A stretch of 23,032 bases of DNA, from the NCBI RefSeq assembly GCF_004010195.1, contig NC_057751.1, positions 8,422,404-8,445,435 of the forward strand, read 5' to 3'. Positions 1 to 10,429 of this stretch are shown piece after piece (position 1 is the first letter of the stretch; each line of letters begins with the position of its first letter). The position numbers and the translations under genes were made by a program. The stretch is from Chiloscyllium plagiosum (taxonomy: Eukaryota). Below the pieces are notes generated by a model, which was given only the letters and a program-made list of their open reading frames with translations, was not told the origin of the DNA and made no database searches.

Positions 1-212
1 GCAACCTTTTCATGCAGATGGTGATGTGTGTATGGAATGAGCTGTCTGAGGAAGTGGTGGACATTGGAGCAATTACAACATTTAAAAGGAAGGGTTTAGA
101 GGGATAATGGCCAAGTACTGACAAGTGGGACCACATTAGTTTAGGATATTTGGCAGACATGGCCATGTTGGACTGAAGGATTCATTTCTGTGCTGTACAT
201 CTCTCCGACTCC
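1..212 (+). mobile_element. 3' end of HER1-type CR1 LINE (ORF2 C-terminus and 3'UTR), running off the window edge
   Basis: Aligns by eye to 3616-3852 (gcaac.tttt..cag...gtatggaatgagctg...ggactgaagg...gctgtacatctct..gactc), with a short internal deletion near position 88. Confidence 0.9.
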
Positions 213-470
213 AAAAGCTCAGCCAACTTCTGAGGCAAAGAATTCCCAGGTTGCACAACTTGCTCAGAGAAATGCCATCGCCACAATTCTGTTCTCAAAG
301 GACAATGGCAAATTATCAGTTTTGTTTGATTCTGGTCTGGCCCACATGACAAAACAGCTTCCCCACATCCATTTTGTTAAGACTGTTCAGGATCTTACAA
401 ATTTCAAAGAAGTCAACCCCTCTTTGAAACTCGACTGGAAATAATAGCCTATCTATCCTATCTTCACTAG
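213..470 (-). mobile_element. Old degenerate CR1 ORF2 3' fragment
   Basis: cagccaacttctgaggcaaagaattccc and downstream sequence resemble the reverse complement of the CR1 ORF2 C-terminal region; heavily diverged. Confidence 0.5.
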
Positions 471-799
471 AACAACAGATCCATCCCCAGTATTAATCTC
501 ATATCCCACCTCCAAACCACCTCTGACACTCTGACCTCCTTCCTGAAAGAAGGCGACCAAGACTCCGCAAAGCTTTTCTGTCTCCCATCTACCTGTATTT
601 TGTCCTGACGTGTACTGTTTAAAAACTCCCTCTTCCACCAATCTTTAAAGCAACATCAACATTTCATTGTTTTCCTGGCCCCTTTCTCAGAACTCTATTT
701 CTCCTGCAAAGGATGACAAGTCAAGCTTTATATGACCAAACAACATTTATGCCTCAGTTTCCCTCATCCCAATCTGGATGAGGTCTGAGAGAGCCAATA

Positions 800-1575
800 G
801 TGTTCACCTCGACTTCCATAAGAAAGACAACAAGCATTAGTCTTAGTAATCACAGCATTGCAATGCTCGGAGGTGAGTGACATTCTACCTTCAAAATGCC
901 AGATTATGGTCTTCTCCAATTCGAGAGAGAGAGAGAGAGCAACTAACTCCCCATGACATTTAACATCATAACGTTCGCCAAGCAACACACCGTCAACATC
1001 CTGGGAATAATCGTGGATTATGAATCCAACTTAACAAGCCACAGACGTGTGTAGCATTCAGAGTTAGTCAGGAGATACCAAGCAGCTACTCCCTTATTTC
1101 CCAAAACATCTCCATCACAAACAAAACAGAAATCTGTAAATCTGATCGTACTGTCCCCATATGCCTGGATGAAGGCATCTCCACACCTCCTGAAGCTCAA
1201 CACCATCCAGGACAAGAAAGCCTCAGCTTCCCTATCACCATTTGATCAACTCCTCATGAATCATCTCAGACATTCAGCCACTCCACTACTAATGTCCTGG
1301 GCTTCTGCTGCAAGCCGCCATGGTTTATTCAGCAGCATTCGTTTCACCGTGGTTTATTTACGTCCTCAAACGTCAAAGGGGAGCTTGCAAATAGCACCAC
1401 TAAATGCCATGTCCAGGTCACACCAATGAGATAAATGTCACCATTCGTTCATCTTCACATGGTCCAACTCCAAACACCAATATGGGAGCACATGGACTGC
1501 AGCTGTTCAAGAAAAAAGTCTACCACCACCTTTTCGCAGGCAGCTCGAGTTGGGAAACAGATAATCAAGCACACA
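800..1575 (+). mobile_element. Degraded 3' part of a second, older LINE family (CR1/L2 group), same family as 17807-19099
   Basis: caacatcctggga, gcctggatgaaggcatctcc..gaagctcaacaccatccaggacaa (AWM...KL.TIQDK) and catggactgcagctgttcaagaa...caccacctt; the last matches the reverse complement of ~17885-17930. Confidence 0.7.
923..939 (+). repeat. (GA)8 microsatellite inside the old LINE
   Basis: gagagagagagagagag read directly. Confidence 0.9.
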
Positions 1576-2010
1576 ATCTGATGGAGGGAAATTTCCCAAA
1601 ATATTCCTCTTTAAAAAGATGACAAGATAACTACATGGTACGAGATGAGCGTAACGTTTTGGAGGGATGCTTCTCAACGTTCTTGGCTTTATTCTCGAAT
1701 CTGTGCAGTTGCATAAAGCAGTTCATCAGGCAAGGTTTTGTGGGCTGGGGCAAATGGGGATGGGGGAAATTAGCCGAGAAATAAAATGCTCTCTTCACCC
1801 TGCCCATCAAAGCATTTTGAAGAGCTAATTTGGCTTCAGAATTTGCAGATCAACAAGGCAGGCAGTTGTAGCATCAAACTCCCATGCAGCCCATTTCTGA
1901 GCTTCACCTACAGCCAGCAGTCAAGTCCCAAACTGGAGAATGTCTTCATTCAATTACAACTAATGAGTCAGTATTCCCATCTCTAGCATAAGCCGCTTGA
2001 TTTATATCCA

Positions 2011-3906
2011 TGTAAAGTCAGTTATTTTAGGGTTTTGGATTTTGAACTAGTGGCATGTGAGTTCATGTCTCTGTGTATGAGAGGGTTTAATAATTAATTT
2101 AGTTGCCTTTCTAGAACTATGATTTTAAACCAGCGCATGTCAGAAAGCAGCTGAAGGCCCTCCTGGAGTGAAAATGTGACTGTTTGTATTGTGAGAATTT
2201 TAGTTTAGAGACAGTAATCATTAAAAGGCATTTGTTTGTTCTTAGTGATTGTGTGGCACTAAATAGGATTTAATTTTACCAAGTCTTGCTCACCCTTCAA
2301 CTTGTGTTATCTGTAAAGTGTTTGGTTTGATCGATTTTATCTTCACTCCTGTAATTTAACAAATTTCAGGTTTATTGTTAAAACCAAATATGCAGTATTG
2401 TGTCCTGAAATCTTAAATTAGGAACAAAATACAAAGCATCATCGATCACTCTTTAAGAAGGGTAGTAAGGACAAGCCAGGGAACTATAGACCAGTGAGCC
2501 TGACGTCGGTGGTAGGCATGTTGTTGGAGGGAATCCTGAGGGATAGGATGTACATGTATTTGGAAAGGCAAGGACTGATTAGGTACAGTCAACATGGCTT
2601 TGTGCGTGGGAAATAATGTCTCAGAAACTTGATTGAGTTTTTTGAAGAAGTAACAAAGAGGATTGATGAGGGCAGAGTAGTAGATGTGATCTATATGGAC
2701 TTCAGTAAGGCATTGGGAGACTGATTAGCAAGGTTAGATCTCACAGAATAAAGGGAGAACTAGCCATTTGGATACAGAACTGGCTCAAAGGTAGAGGACA
2801 GAGGGTAGTGGTGGAGGGTTGTTTTTCAGACTAGAGGCCTATGACCAGTGGAGTGCCACAAGTGGTAGGTCCTCTACTTTTTGTCATTTACATAAATGAT
2901 TTGGATGTGAGCATAACAGGTACAGTTAGTAAGTTTGCAGATGACACCAAAATTGGAGGTGTAGTGGACAGCGAAGAGGGTTACCTCAGATTACAACAAG
3001 ATCTTGATCAGAAAGGTCAGTGGAGCGAGGAGTGGCAGGTGGAGTTTAATTCAGATAAATGAGAGGTGCTGTATTTTGGGAAAGCAACTCTTAGCAGGAC
3101 TTATACACTTAATGGTAAGGTCCTAGAGAATGTTGCTGAACAAAGAGACCTTAGAGTGCAAGTTCATAGCTCCTTGAAAGTGGAGTCGCAGGCAGATCAG
3201 ATAGTGAAGAAGGCATTTGGTATGCTTTCTTTGATTGGTCAGAGTATTAAGTACAGGAGTTGGGAGGTCATGTTGCGGCTGTACAGGACATTGGTTAGGC
3301 CACTGTTGGAATATTATGTGCAATTCTGGTCTCCTTCCTATCAGAAAGATGTCATGAAATCTGAAAGGGTTCATAAAAGATTGACAAGGATGTTGCTAGG
3401 GTTGGAGGATTTCAGCGATGGGGAGAGGCTGAACAGGCTGGGACTGTTTTCCCTGGAGCGTCGGAGGCTGAGGGGTGACCTTAAAGAGGTTTACAAAATT
3501 ATGAGGGGCATGGATAGGATAAATAGGCAAAGTCTTTTCCCTGGGGTGGGAGAGTCCAGAACTAGAGGGCATAGGTTTAGGGTGATAGGAGAAAGATATA
3601 AAAGGGACCTAAGGGGCAACTTTTTCACGCAGAGGGTGCTACGTGTATGGAATGAGCTGCCGGAGGAAGTGATGGAGGCTAGTACAATTGCAACATTTAA
3701 GAGGCATTTGGATGGGTATATGAATAGGAAGGGTTTGGAGAGATATGGGCCGGGTGCTGGCAGGTGGGACTAGATTGGGTTGGGATAGCTGGTCGGCATG
3801 GACGGGTTGGACTGAAGGGTCTGTTTCCACGCTGTACATCTCTATGACTCTAAGATTTTAGTCTTGGGTCTGATTTGTCTTGTCGCAATGCTAGCTGAGA
3901 TCATAA
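2011..3906 (+). mobile_element. Possible solo LTR (2011-2446 and 3853-3906) interrupted by the CR1 insertion
   Basis: Starts tgtaaag and ends ...gtctgatttgtc...agctgagatcataa, resembling recalled shark LTR ends (...gggatcataaca). No TSD or intact terminal CA is seen. Confidence 0.35.
2447..3852 (+). mobile_element. 5'-truncated HER1-type CR1 LINE (RT domain, C-terminus, 3'UTR), inactivated
   Basis: Translates to FKKGSKDKPGNYRPVSLTSV, VDVIYMDFSKA, GVPQ..GPLLFVIYINDL, SKFADDTK, LYRTLVRPLLEY.VQFWSP and NFFTQRV.RVWNELP. Contains stops and small deletions and ends in the ctctatgactct tail. Explains ORFs 2841..3062 and 3066..3773. Confidence 0.97.
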
Positions 3907-5414
3907 AGCGGTCTAGTAACACAAGGTAGTAAGTTTCATGTATAATCAGTTGATGATGTTTTAATTGCTTGAGATGAACTGTTCTGCTTTGAAAACTAAA
4001 GCCATAAGATTAGACAAGGTACCAGGGATGTCCAATGTCCCTGAAGTTCAGCCTCATCAAGTGTCAAAGCCCTAAAGGAAAGTGGAGAGGAAAATTGATT
4101 GGAACAAGAAACAGCCTCACACATGACAGGAGAAAATTAATCTTCAAGAACCCAGGAGACATTTATAGGAAACAAAAGAAATGCAAAACAAATGGGAAAC
4201 GTTATAAACTCAAACACATTGCAACTGACAAGTTCTGCAAACAAAGATTTGGTTGCAATCATTAAAATTCTCAACTTGCAGACAACACCACACTTGGGGA
4301 AGAATGTACTGCTCAACAACAGCAGAGGAAATACAGTGACTTCAGCTGGTGCAGAAATAGCTAATTTAACGATATTCTGCTGAACTGACAAAAATAAACA
4401 AGTACAATTCCCAGTGATGTCACAACAGTCACACTAAATGCACACAGCACAAAGGAGCAGGAACATCAGCCGATTAACTTATGTGAGATTTACGCCTGCT
4501 CAAATCAGCATTACCTTCTGGATATTTTCAAACAAAGGCAATGTGTTGTGCATATCACAAAAAAAGTGTTCTATCGTTTTTAGAAACGAAACAACTCTTG
4601 CCAACAGGACACTCTTTCTTAAGGTGACCAATCACCCACCATCATACCTGTTCTGGTCTATTCTGCACCACTGTGGTCAGCCTTTCTCTCATCTTCATCC
4701 CTCCATCACCAACTTTTAATTATTTAACTCGGCCTGTCTACCACACACAGTTCCTCATTTACGTCACAAAATTTTACCAACTCCAGACCTCTAGGAAAAT
4801 TATTACCTCACTCAGCCTTCCACATCCCTTAAAATCTTTACATCGTATTTATGGCACAGAAACATGCCAATATTTGACAGCCTCTTCTGGCCTATTTCAC
4901 ATAACTCCAACAAAGTGTTCTTTCCCATGACCATCAACATAGAAAATGCCAAATGGAAATTCACCTCAGGTACTTTGCACATTCATGAAAAGCTACAAGT
5001 TATTAAACAATAACAGAGAAACTGTTACTGTGTCACAGAAATCTAACCTTAATTAAATTATGTATGAAGACTATTTCTTTGCAACTAATATCATTAGTCA
5101 CTAAGTGCATGTCTTTGTTCATTCATCAGCTCCTGTTAAGAGTTCTGATGGATAAGAGCAGAAATTAAGCCAGGAGCCAAACTGTCCTGCATCTTAGGGA
5201 TTGAAGCCTTTTCTGTGAACACACTCAACATCAATATTGAAACAGCTATGATCCTTATTGTTCCCAAAACTCTTTGCCTTTATGAAAATTCTTCAACAGC
5301 AGATTTAATCAAGAAAGAGTAACCCATCAAATCCGCTCTGTTTGCCTCAGAGTTGAGTCCCACATTGGACCCATTCACTTGGCACAGGCATTTTCAAACT
5401 TCCCTGTTGGATAT

Positions 5415-5739
5415 TTTTTATTCATTTGTGGGATGTGAGAAGCGTTGAGTGGACAAGCATTCATTGCCCATTCCCAGTTGAAGGTCAGTCACATTGTAGT
5501 GGATCTGGAGCCGCACGGGTTAGACCATGTAAGAATAGCAGCTTTCCTTCCCTAGTGAACCACATGGGTTTATGCAACAATCAACAGTGGTCACATTAGC
5601 TCACCATTTGGCCAGATCTGTTTTGGTGAAGCTAAATTTTAACCATTTCCTTCTGAGGATTTAAAACCATGTCTTTAGAGCATTAGTCTGATTTTCTGGA
5701 TTACTGTTCCAGTGACATTACCATGACACCACCACCTCC
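5415..5739 (-). mobile_element. tRNA-derived SINE whose 3' tail matches the second LINE family
   Basis: Colinear with 20722-21028 (attgcccat.cc..., cacattg..gtgg.tctggag.c.ca, tttccttccc, gtgaacca.atg.gttt, ttctggatta). Confidence 0.8.
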
Positions 5740-5754
5740 TGGATTCTGACGTAG

Positions 5755-5858
5755 AAACACTGACTACACTTCAGAAACACTCATTGAGTGTTAAGTTCTT
5801 TGAGATGCTGATGGTCAGGCAAAGTGTGCTTGAAATGTAAGTCTTCCTTATTTCCTTT
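5755..5858 (+). mobile_element. 3' tail remnant of a Deu-type (SacSINE1-like) SINE
   Basis: tgactacacttcagaaacactcattg...aagttctttgagatg...aaatgtaagtcttcctt resembles the recalled Deu-SINE/L2-type tail. Confidence 0.5.
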
Positions 5859-6201
5859 TATTTATTAATATTATACATATTTACATTACAGCACCCATTT
5901 CAGCTTCCACTGCAAAAAAATGATAAAGATTTTTTCCATATCTACCTTGTTCATCACCTCCAAGTCTGCTACCAGATCTAACATTATCCTAATCTTTTCT
6001 ACAGAAATGCCAGTTTCATTTTAACCTTTCACAATAATTGCCAATCAGGAACTTCGTTGTAAAGAAAGAAAATCACTCACACTTATCAACTCAGGTCCTG
6101 ATGACTTCGTCTTCTAGTCTAACCCAAAGCATTCACTGCACACAGTGAAATGGAGCTGCTGTATGATACCCTTGGGAGGGATATCACCAAAATCAACTCA
6201 C

Positions 6202-6286
6202 ACTGATGCAGGAGGAAAACACCCACAACAGGGAATTGATTTATGAGATGGATGACCAACAAAGTACTGAAAGACCAATATGGGTT
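6202..6286 (-). CDS. Candidate 85-nt internal exon of an unidentified host gene (NPYWSFSTLLVIHLINQFPVVGVFLLHQ in phase 0)
   Basis: Long pyrimidine tract ending ...ttttgcctttttaatacttctttAG, donor GTGAGT, non-repetitive context, and two of three frames open. Product not recognised. Confidence 0.35.
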
Positions 6287-6780
6287 CTAAAGAAGTATTA
6301 AAAAGGCAAAAATGACAAAGCGAATAATGACATTTCCACGATCTTGCAGGTACTGTCTTCAAAAATAACCAAATCCATGACACTACAAGAAAAAGATGGG
6401 GTGGTCACTCATCACATACAAATTGTTGCAAACTTTCAAATTCTGGTTTGACAAATAAAACTGGACATTATATTCTGCCTGTTTCCTCCTTCCAAGAGAA
6501 AGGACTTTCTGACGAGATTATCCACTCATTGCTTTTCCTTGGAAAATCTCAGCAAAGCTCAACATTGTCTCTGCTGCACCCACATTACTTGAGAGGCATC
6601 TCTGAGACCAAGGATTATTTAGTTGGAGTTACCAAGCCCATGTACATTTAGACTTTGCGTCAAAGAACTCTTCATTTCAGCAACATGAGGAAGAAAAGTT
6701 TGAAATTCAGACTCCGACTGTCCAAGTATGATACATTCAGGACCAACACTTCAGTCAGTCAGTTACACAGTGTAGCAAGC

Positions 6781-7283
6781 TGAGATGGTCCATGTGTGAC
6801 ACATGTGTGATTCAAATGTTTCTTGTCACTTTGCAGCCCAAACCTGGATATTGTCCAGGTCTTGTCACATTGGACACTGACTGATGCAGTATTTGAGGAA
6901 TTGTGAATGGGACTGTACATTTCAATTAGAAGCAAACATCCCCACTTCTGACCTTATCATGAAGATCATTGATGAAGTAGCTGAAGTTGGTTGGTCCGAG
7001 GACACCACTTTCATGAATCCCTGCAGTGATGTCCTGGAGCTGAGATGACTAACCTCCAATAACCAGAAGAATCTTCTGACGTGTCAGATAATTCCAACCA
7101 GCAGAAAGATTTATCACACTGTCTTCAGTTTGTCAAGAGCTCCTTGATGCCACATTCGTTCGAATGTGACCCTGACATCAAGGGCTGTCACTCTCACCTC
7201 ACCTCTGGAATTCAGCTCTTTTGTCAATGCTTGAACCAAGGCTGTAATGAGGTCGGGAGCTAAGGGACATTGGCAGGACCCAA
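6781..7283 (-). mobile_element. RT-domain fragment of the second LINE family
   Basis: Colinear with ~18482-18989 (agccca..cctggatattgtccag, cacttctgacctt, gatgtcctggagctgagatgact, gtcactctcacct..c.tctggaatt.agctcttttgt). Confidence 0.88.
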
Positions 7284-7364
7284 GGTAAGGGAAGGGAGGT
7301 GTGTAGGAGGTGGGGTGTGTGCAGGATGGGGGTTGGAGGTGAGTGTGCTTGGCAGACTGTGGGA

Positions 7365-8305
7365 AGAAAGTGAGGTCTGCAGATGCTGGAGATCAAAGTT
7401 GAAACTTTATTGCTGGAACAGCACAGCAGGTCAGGCAGCATCCAGGGAACAGGAGATTCGACGTTTCGGGCACAGGCCCTTCTTCAGGAATGAGCAGAGA
7501 GTGTTCAGCAGGAGAAGATAAAAGGTAGGGAGGAGGGACTTGGAGGAGGGGAGTTGGAAATGTGATAGGTGGAAAGAATATCCTCGGTGGAGTGGGAGGG
7601 GGAGTTGAGATGCTGTGCTACAGGTTGGTTGGGTTGGTTCGTCCGGGTGGCCCAGAGGTGCTCTCTGAATCGCTCCGCTAGTAGGCGGCCTGTCTCCCCA
7701 ATATAGAGGAGGCCACACCGGCTGCAGCGGATGCAGTAGATGATGTGGGTGGAGGTGCAGGTGAATCTGTGGCGGATATGGAATTTTCCTTTGGGGCCTT
7801 GGAGAGAAGTGAGGGGGGAGGTGTGGGCGCAAGTGTTGCACCTCCTGCGGTTGCAAGGGAAGGTGCCGGGAGTGGTGGTTGGGTCGGTGGGGGGTGTGGA
7901 TCTGACAAGGGAGTCGCGGAGGGAGTGGTCTCTATGGAAAGCTGATAGGGGAGGGGAGGGAAATATATTCTTGGTGCTGGGGTCTGTTTGGAGGTGGCGG
8001 AAGTGACGGCGGATGATGTGCTGTACATGGAGATTGGTGGGGTGGTAGGTGAGGACCAGTGGGGTTCTGTCCTGGTGGCGGTTGGAGGGGCGGGGCTCAA
8101 GGGCGGGGGGGCGGGAAGTGGAGGAGATGCGGTGGAGGGCACCGTCGACCACGTCGGGGGGGAAATTGCGGTCCTTGAAGAAGGAGGCCATCTGTGTTGT
8201 ACGTATTTTGAACTGGTCCTCCTGGGAGCAGATGCGGCGGAGACGAAGGAATTGGGAGAATGGGATGGCGTTTTTACAGGGGGCAGGATGGGAGGAGGTG
8301 TAGTC
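7365..8305 (-). mobile_element. 5'-truncated Penelope-like retroelement (probably Neptune clade) with 12-bp TSD
   Basis: GIY-YIG ORF plus 3' terminal region with a hammerhead and AATAAA (7406-7411). Flanked by an exact direct repeat cagactgtggga at 7353-7364 and 8306-8317. Confidence 0.95.
7456..7491 (-). ncRNA. Minimal type I hammerhead ribozyme of the PLE
   Basis: Minus strand reads ATTC-CTGAAGA-A-GGGC-CTGT-GCCC-GAAA-C-GTC-GAAT: stem I ATTC/GAAT, CUGANGA core, stem II GGGC/GCCC, GAAA, palindromic ACGT stem III and GUC cleavage triplet. Confidence 0.85.
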
Positions 8306-8308
8306 CAG
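7505..8308 (-). pseudogene. PLE polyprotein fragment: RT thumb, Cys-rich linker and GIY-YIG endonuclease; C-terminus deleted
   Basis: Open frame LDYTSSHPAPCKNAIPFSQFLRLRRICS...PLVLTYHP...GTFPCNRRRCNTC...IIYCIRCSRCGLLYIGETGRLLAERFREH. The last ~23 residues are read-through into the 3'UTR. Confidence 0.93.
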
Positions 8309-8850
8309 ACTGTGGGATCCAGTCGACAGAGAGATGTTGGAGGGTGGAGAATGCTCCGGTCAGTGGTCAACAAGCATCAACCATGTCTTGTAGCTCTGTT
8401 GCTGAAGCAAATAATGTAAAAGGCCTGGGATATAAAATGTGTTCACTGCAGAGGCAGTCTCCTTGTAGCTGTTATCAGCAGGTAGCCCTAGGTTCCGTAA
8501 AGTTAGGAAGTGGTACAATGGGCATGTTATGGTAATTACGTTAATTACAATGATGCATTTTATGTCAATACTCCACCTACGTTACACTGAGGATTAGGAG
8601 GTGGATACAAAGTCTAAATTGAAAATTGCACACTCTGCTCATAACATCCCAACTGTGATGCCTATTTCTAAGTACAAAAATTCTTGCGATTTAAATATCA
8701 CTCCCAGAAGAAAAATAATTACTTTTAGAACTGGATTTTCAATGAAAACAAATCATAAGGACAAAATGAAACTTCACATTGCTTTCTGTCTGCATCCCAC
8801 CCGTACCAAGTGCAGGCAACGCTCATTTTAAACAATTTCCCCTCGATGTA

Positions 8851-8999
8851 AAAGCATTCAGTCTTTCATTTGCACCTTTGACCAAGAAATATACCACATG
8901 AGCCAATCTCCATGAGCAGCGCACTGCTCACCAGCAGCCTGCAGCACAACTTGTGATGTTGTGTCACCAAAGTGCATTCAACATGATCTCTCTCTTAAA
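8851..8999 (+). repeat. Copy 1 of a 149-bp direct repeat
   Basis: aaagcattcagtc...gatctctctcttaaa; differs from 9288-9436 by about 3 substitutions and two 2-nt indels. Confidence 0.95.
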
Positions 9000-9104
9000 G
9001 GCATGCTTTTCAACTACTTCCACTGGAGAAAATATTAAACACATTGCCCGGTCATGAAAGTTGTCGAGCACCATCGTACTGTTCCAGAGTTTGAAAAAAA
9101 TACA

Positions 9105-9210
9105 CAATGTTCCCCTTAGTTGAAAGGTCAGTGACGAGGGAGAGTATTTTCAATGGGAAGGGAGAGAGGTTTAGAGGAGAGGTTTAGATAAAATTGTTCA
9201 CCCAGAATGA
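9105..9210 (+). mobile_element. Old CR1 ORF2 fragment
   Basis: tgttccccttagttgaaaggtcagtgacgaggg...ggagagaggtttagaggaga...ttcacccaga resembles the FP..E.S.TRGH...GERFR.D...FTQR region. Confidence 0.55.
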
Positions 9211-9212
9211 AT

Positions 9213-9270
9213 GGATTTAAGAACAGCCTCTTCCCCTTAGTTATCAGACATTGGAACAGACCTCTCAAAT
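9213..9270 (+). mobile_element. Short LINE ORF C-terminal remnant (Rex1/Babar-like)
   Basis: Translates to FKNSLFPLVIRHWN, similar to the NSFFP.AIRLLN terminal motif. Confidence 0.45.
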
Positions 9271-9287
9271 ATTCAAGTCTACCCGAG

Positions 9288-9436
9288 AAAGCATTCAGTC
9301 TTTCATTTGCACCTTTGACCAAGAAATATACCACGAGCCAATCTCCATGAGCAGCGCACTGCTCTCCAGTAGCCTGCAGCACAACTTGTGATGTTGTGTC
9401 ACCAAAGTGCATTGAAAACATGATCTCTCTCTTAAA
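9288..9436 (+). repeat. Copy 2 of the 149-bp direct repeat
   Basis: Near-identical to 8851-8999. Confidence 0.95.
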
Positions 9437-9597
9437 CAGGTCTCGTTTCAAGGTGTCATCTGAGGCCACTGTCTCAGACAATGCAGGTCTGTCCCAGTGT
9501 TAGCCTGTGTTCTGTGCTCAAGACTTCAACACGGGACTTGAACCTGTGACTCTGTGACACGGAGACGAGTTAACTACACACGGAGTCACGGTCGATG
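9437..9597 (-). mobile_element. 5' tRNA-like head and Deu-domain part of a SacSINE1-like SINE
   Basis: agtgttagcctgtgttctgtgctcaag...gggacttgaacc contains a B-box-like GGTTCAAGTCC on the minus strand and resembles the recalled Deu-SINE consensus. Confidence 0.6.
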
Positions 9598-10429
9598 TTC
9601 AAGATCTTGTGGATGAGGTTGATAAAGCGGAGTCACATTTGTGCACCTGATGCTGATTTGGTGGTGCACATGCCTCTCCATGAATATTATTCCATGGAAT
9701 AATAATTCCTACTGTGAAGGGTTTAATCTGTTCAGAAAGACAACAATTAGCTCAATCAACAACTTGAGCCAAATGAAGAGAGGTCCCATCTCATTTTTCC
9801 AAATTAGTGACCATCACAGACAAATTAAAACCCAATCACAGGGCATGGGGTCACTAATATGAAACAATGAGAAATGAATTTCAAAGGGATCTTTCAGAAT
9901 GAACTTCTTCACACTAAAGGAAATGAACAAGCGACCAGTTGGGGACATGTCAGGAGCATTCAAAATTGGAAAATGTGAACTGACTGAGGTAATCTTGATT
10001 CATTGCTTAGCTCTTTGTAACTTCTAATAATCAGTTTTCAGGTATTAAGCCCAGTCATGTCCTCATCACAGCAATTCATACACCTGTACTTTGTTTCATC
10101 TATTGGTCTTCCTTCTTCTAATCACCAATCAACACTGCATTAAACTTTTTTCCACACAGCCAATTGCATTGTGGTCAAATATAACCCTACTGTACTTGCT
10201 GTAGTTCCAAGTGAAAGGATTTGCCCTGAGGCTACATGCCTGGTGTGGAAGGCATTCTGAAAATATTAAGCCATGCAAATGTATGGGAGGACCTAAGAAT
10301 GGAGCATTCTGCATTCTGAGAATTTGAATTTTATTGTCCATTCTGTATCTTCAAGTCAAAATATTCAGTAATGAATTTTTACCATTCCTAGGAAAAAAAA
10401 TTTTCTTTGGAAAAAAATGTCTTCCTGAG

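Noticed and set aside
4900..4992. Minus-strand LFMNVQST-UGA-G resembles the glutathione peroxidase selenocysteine motif (LFVNVASYUG)
   Set aside because: An in-frame TAG lies immediately upstream, downstream residues are unlike GPx, a stop follows about 22 codons later, and no SECIS is seen; treated as coincidence.
6098..6125. CTGATGA as another hammerhead core
   Set aside because: No stem II followed by GAAA.
7431..8535. Many overlapping Pro-rich and Gly-rich ORFs
   Set aside because: Alternative-frame and antisense shadows of the GC-rich, strand-skewed PLE ORF.
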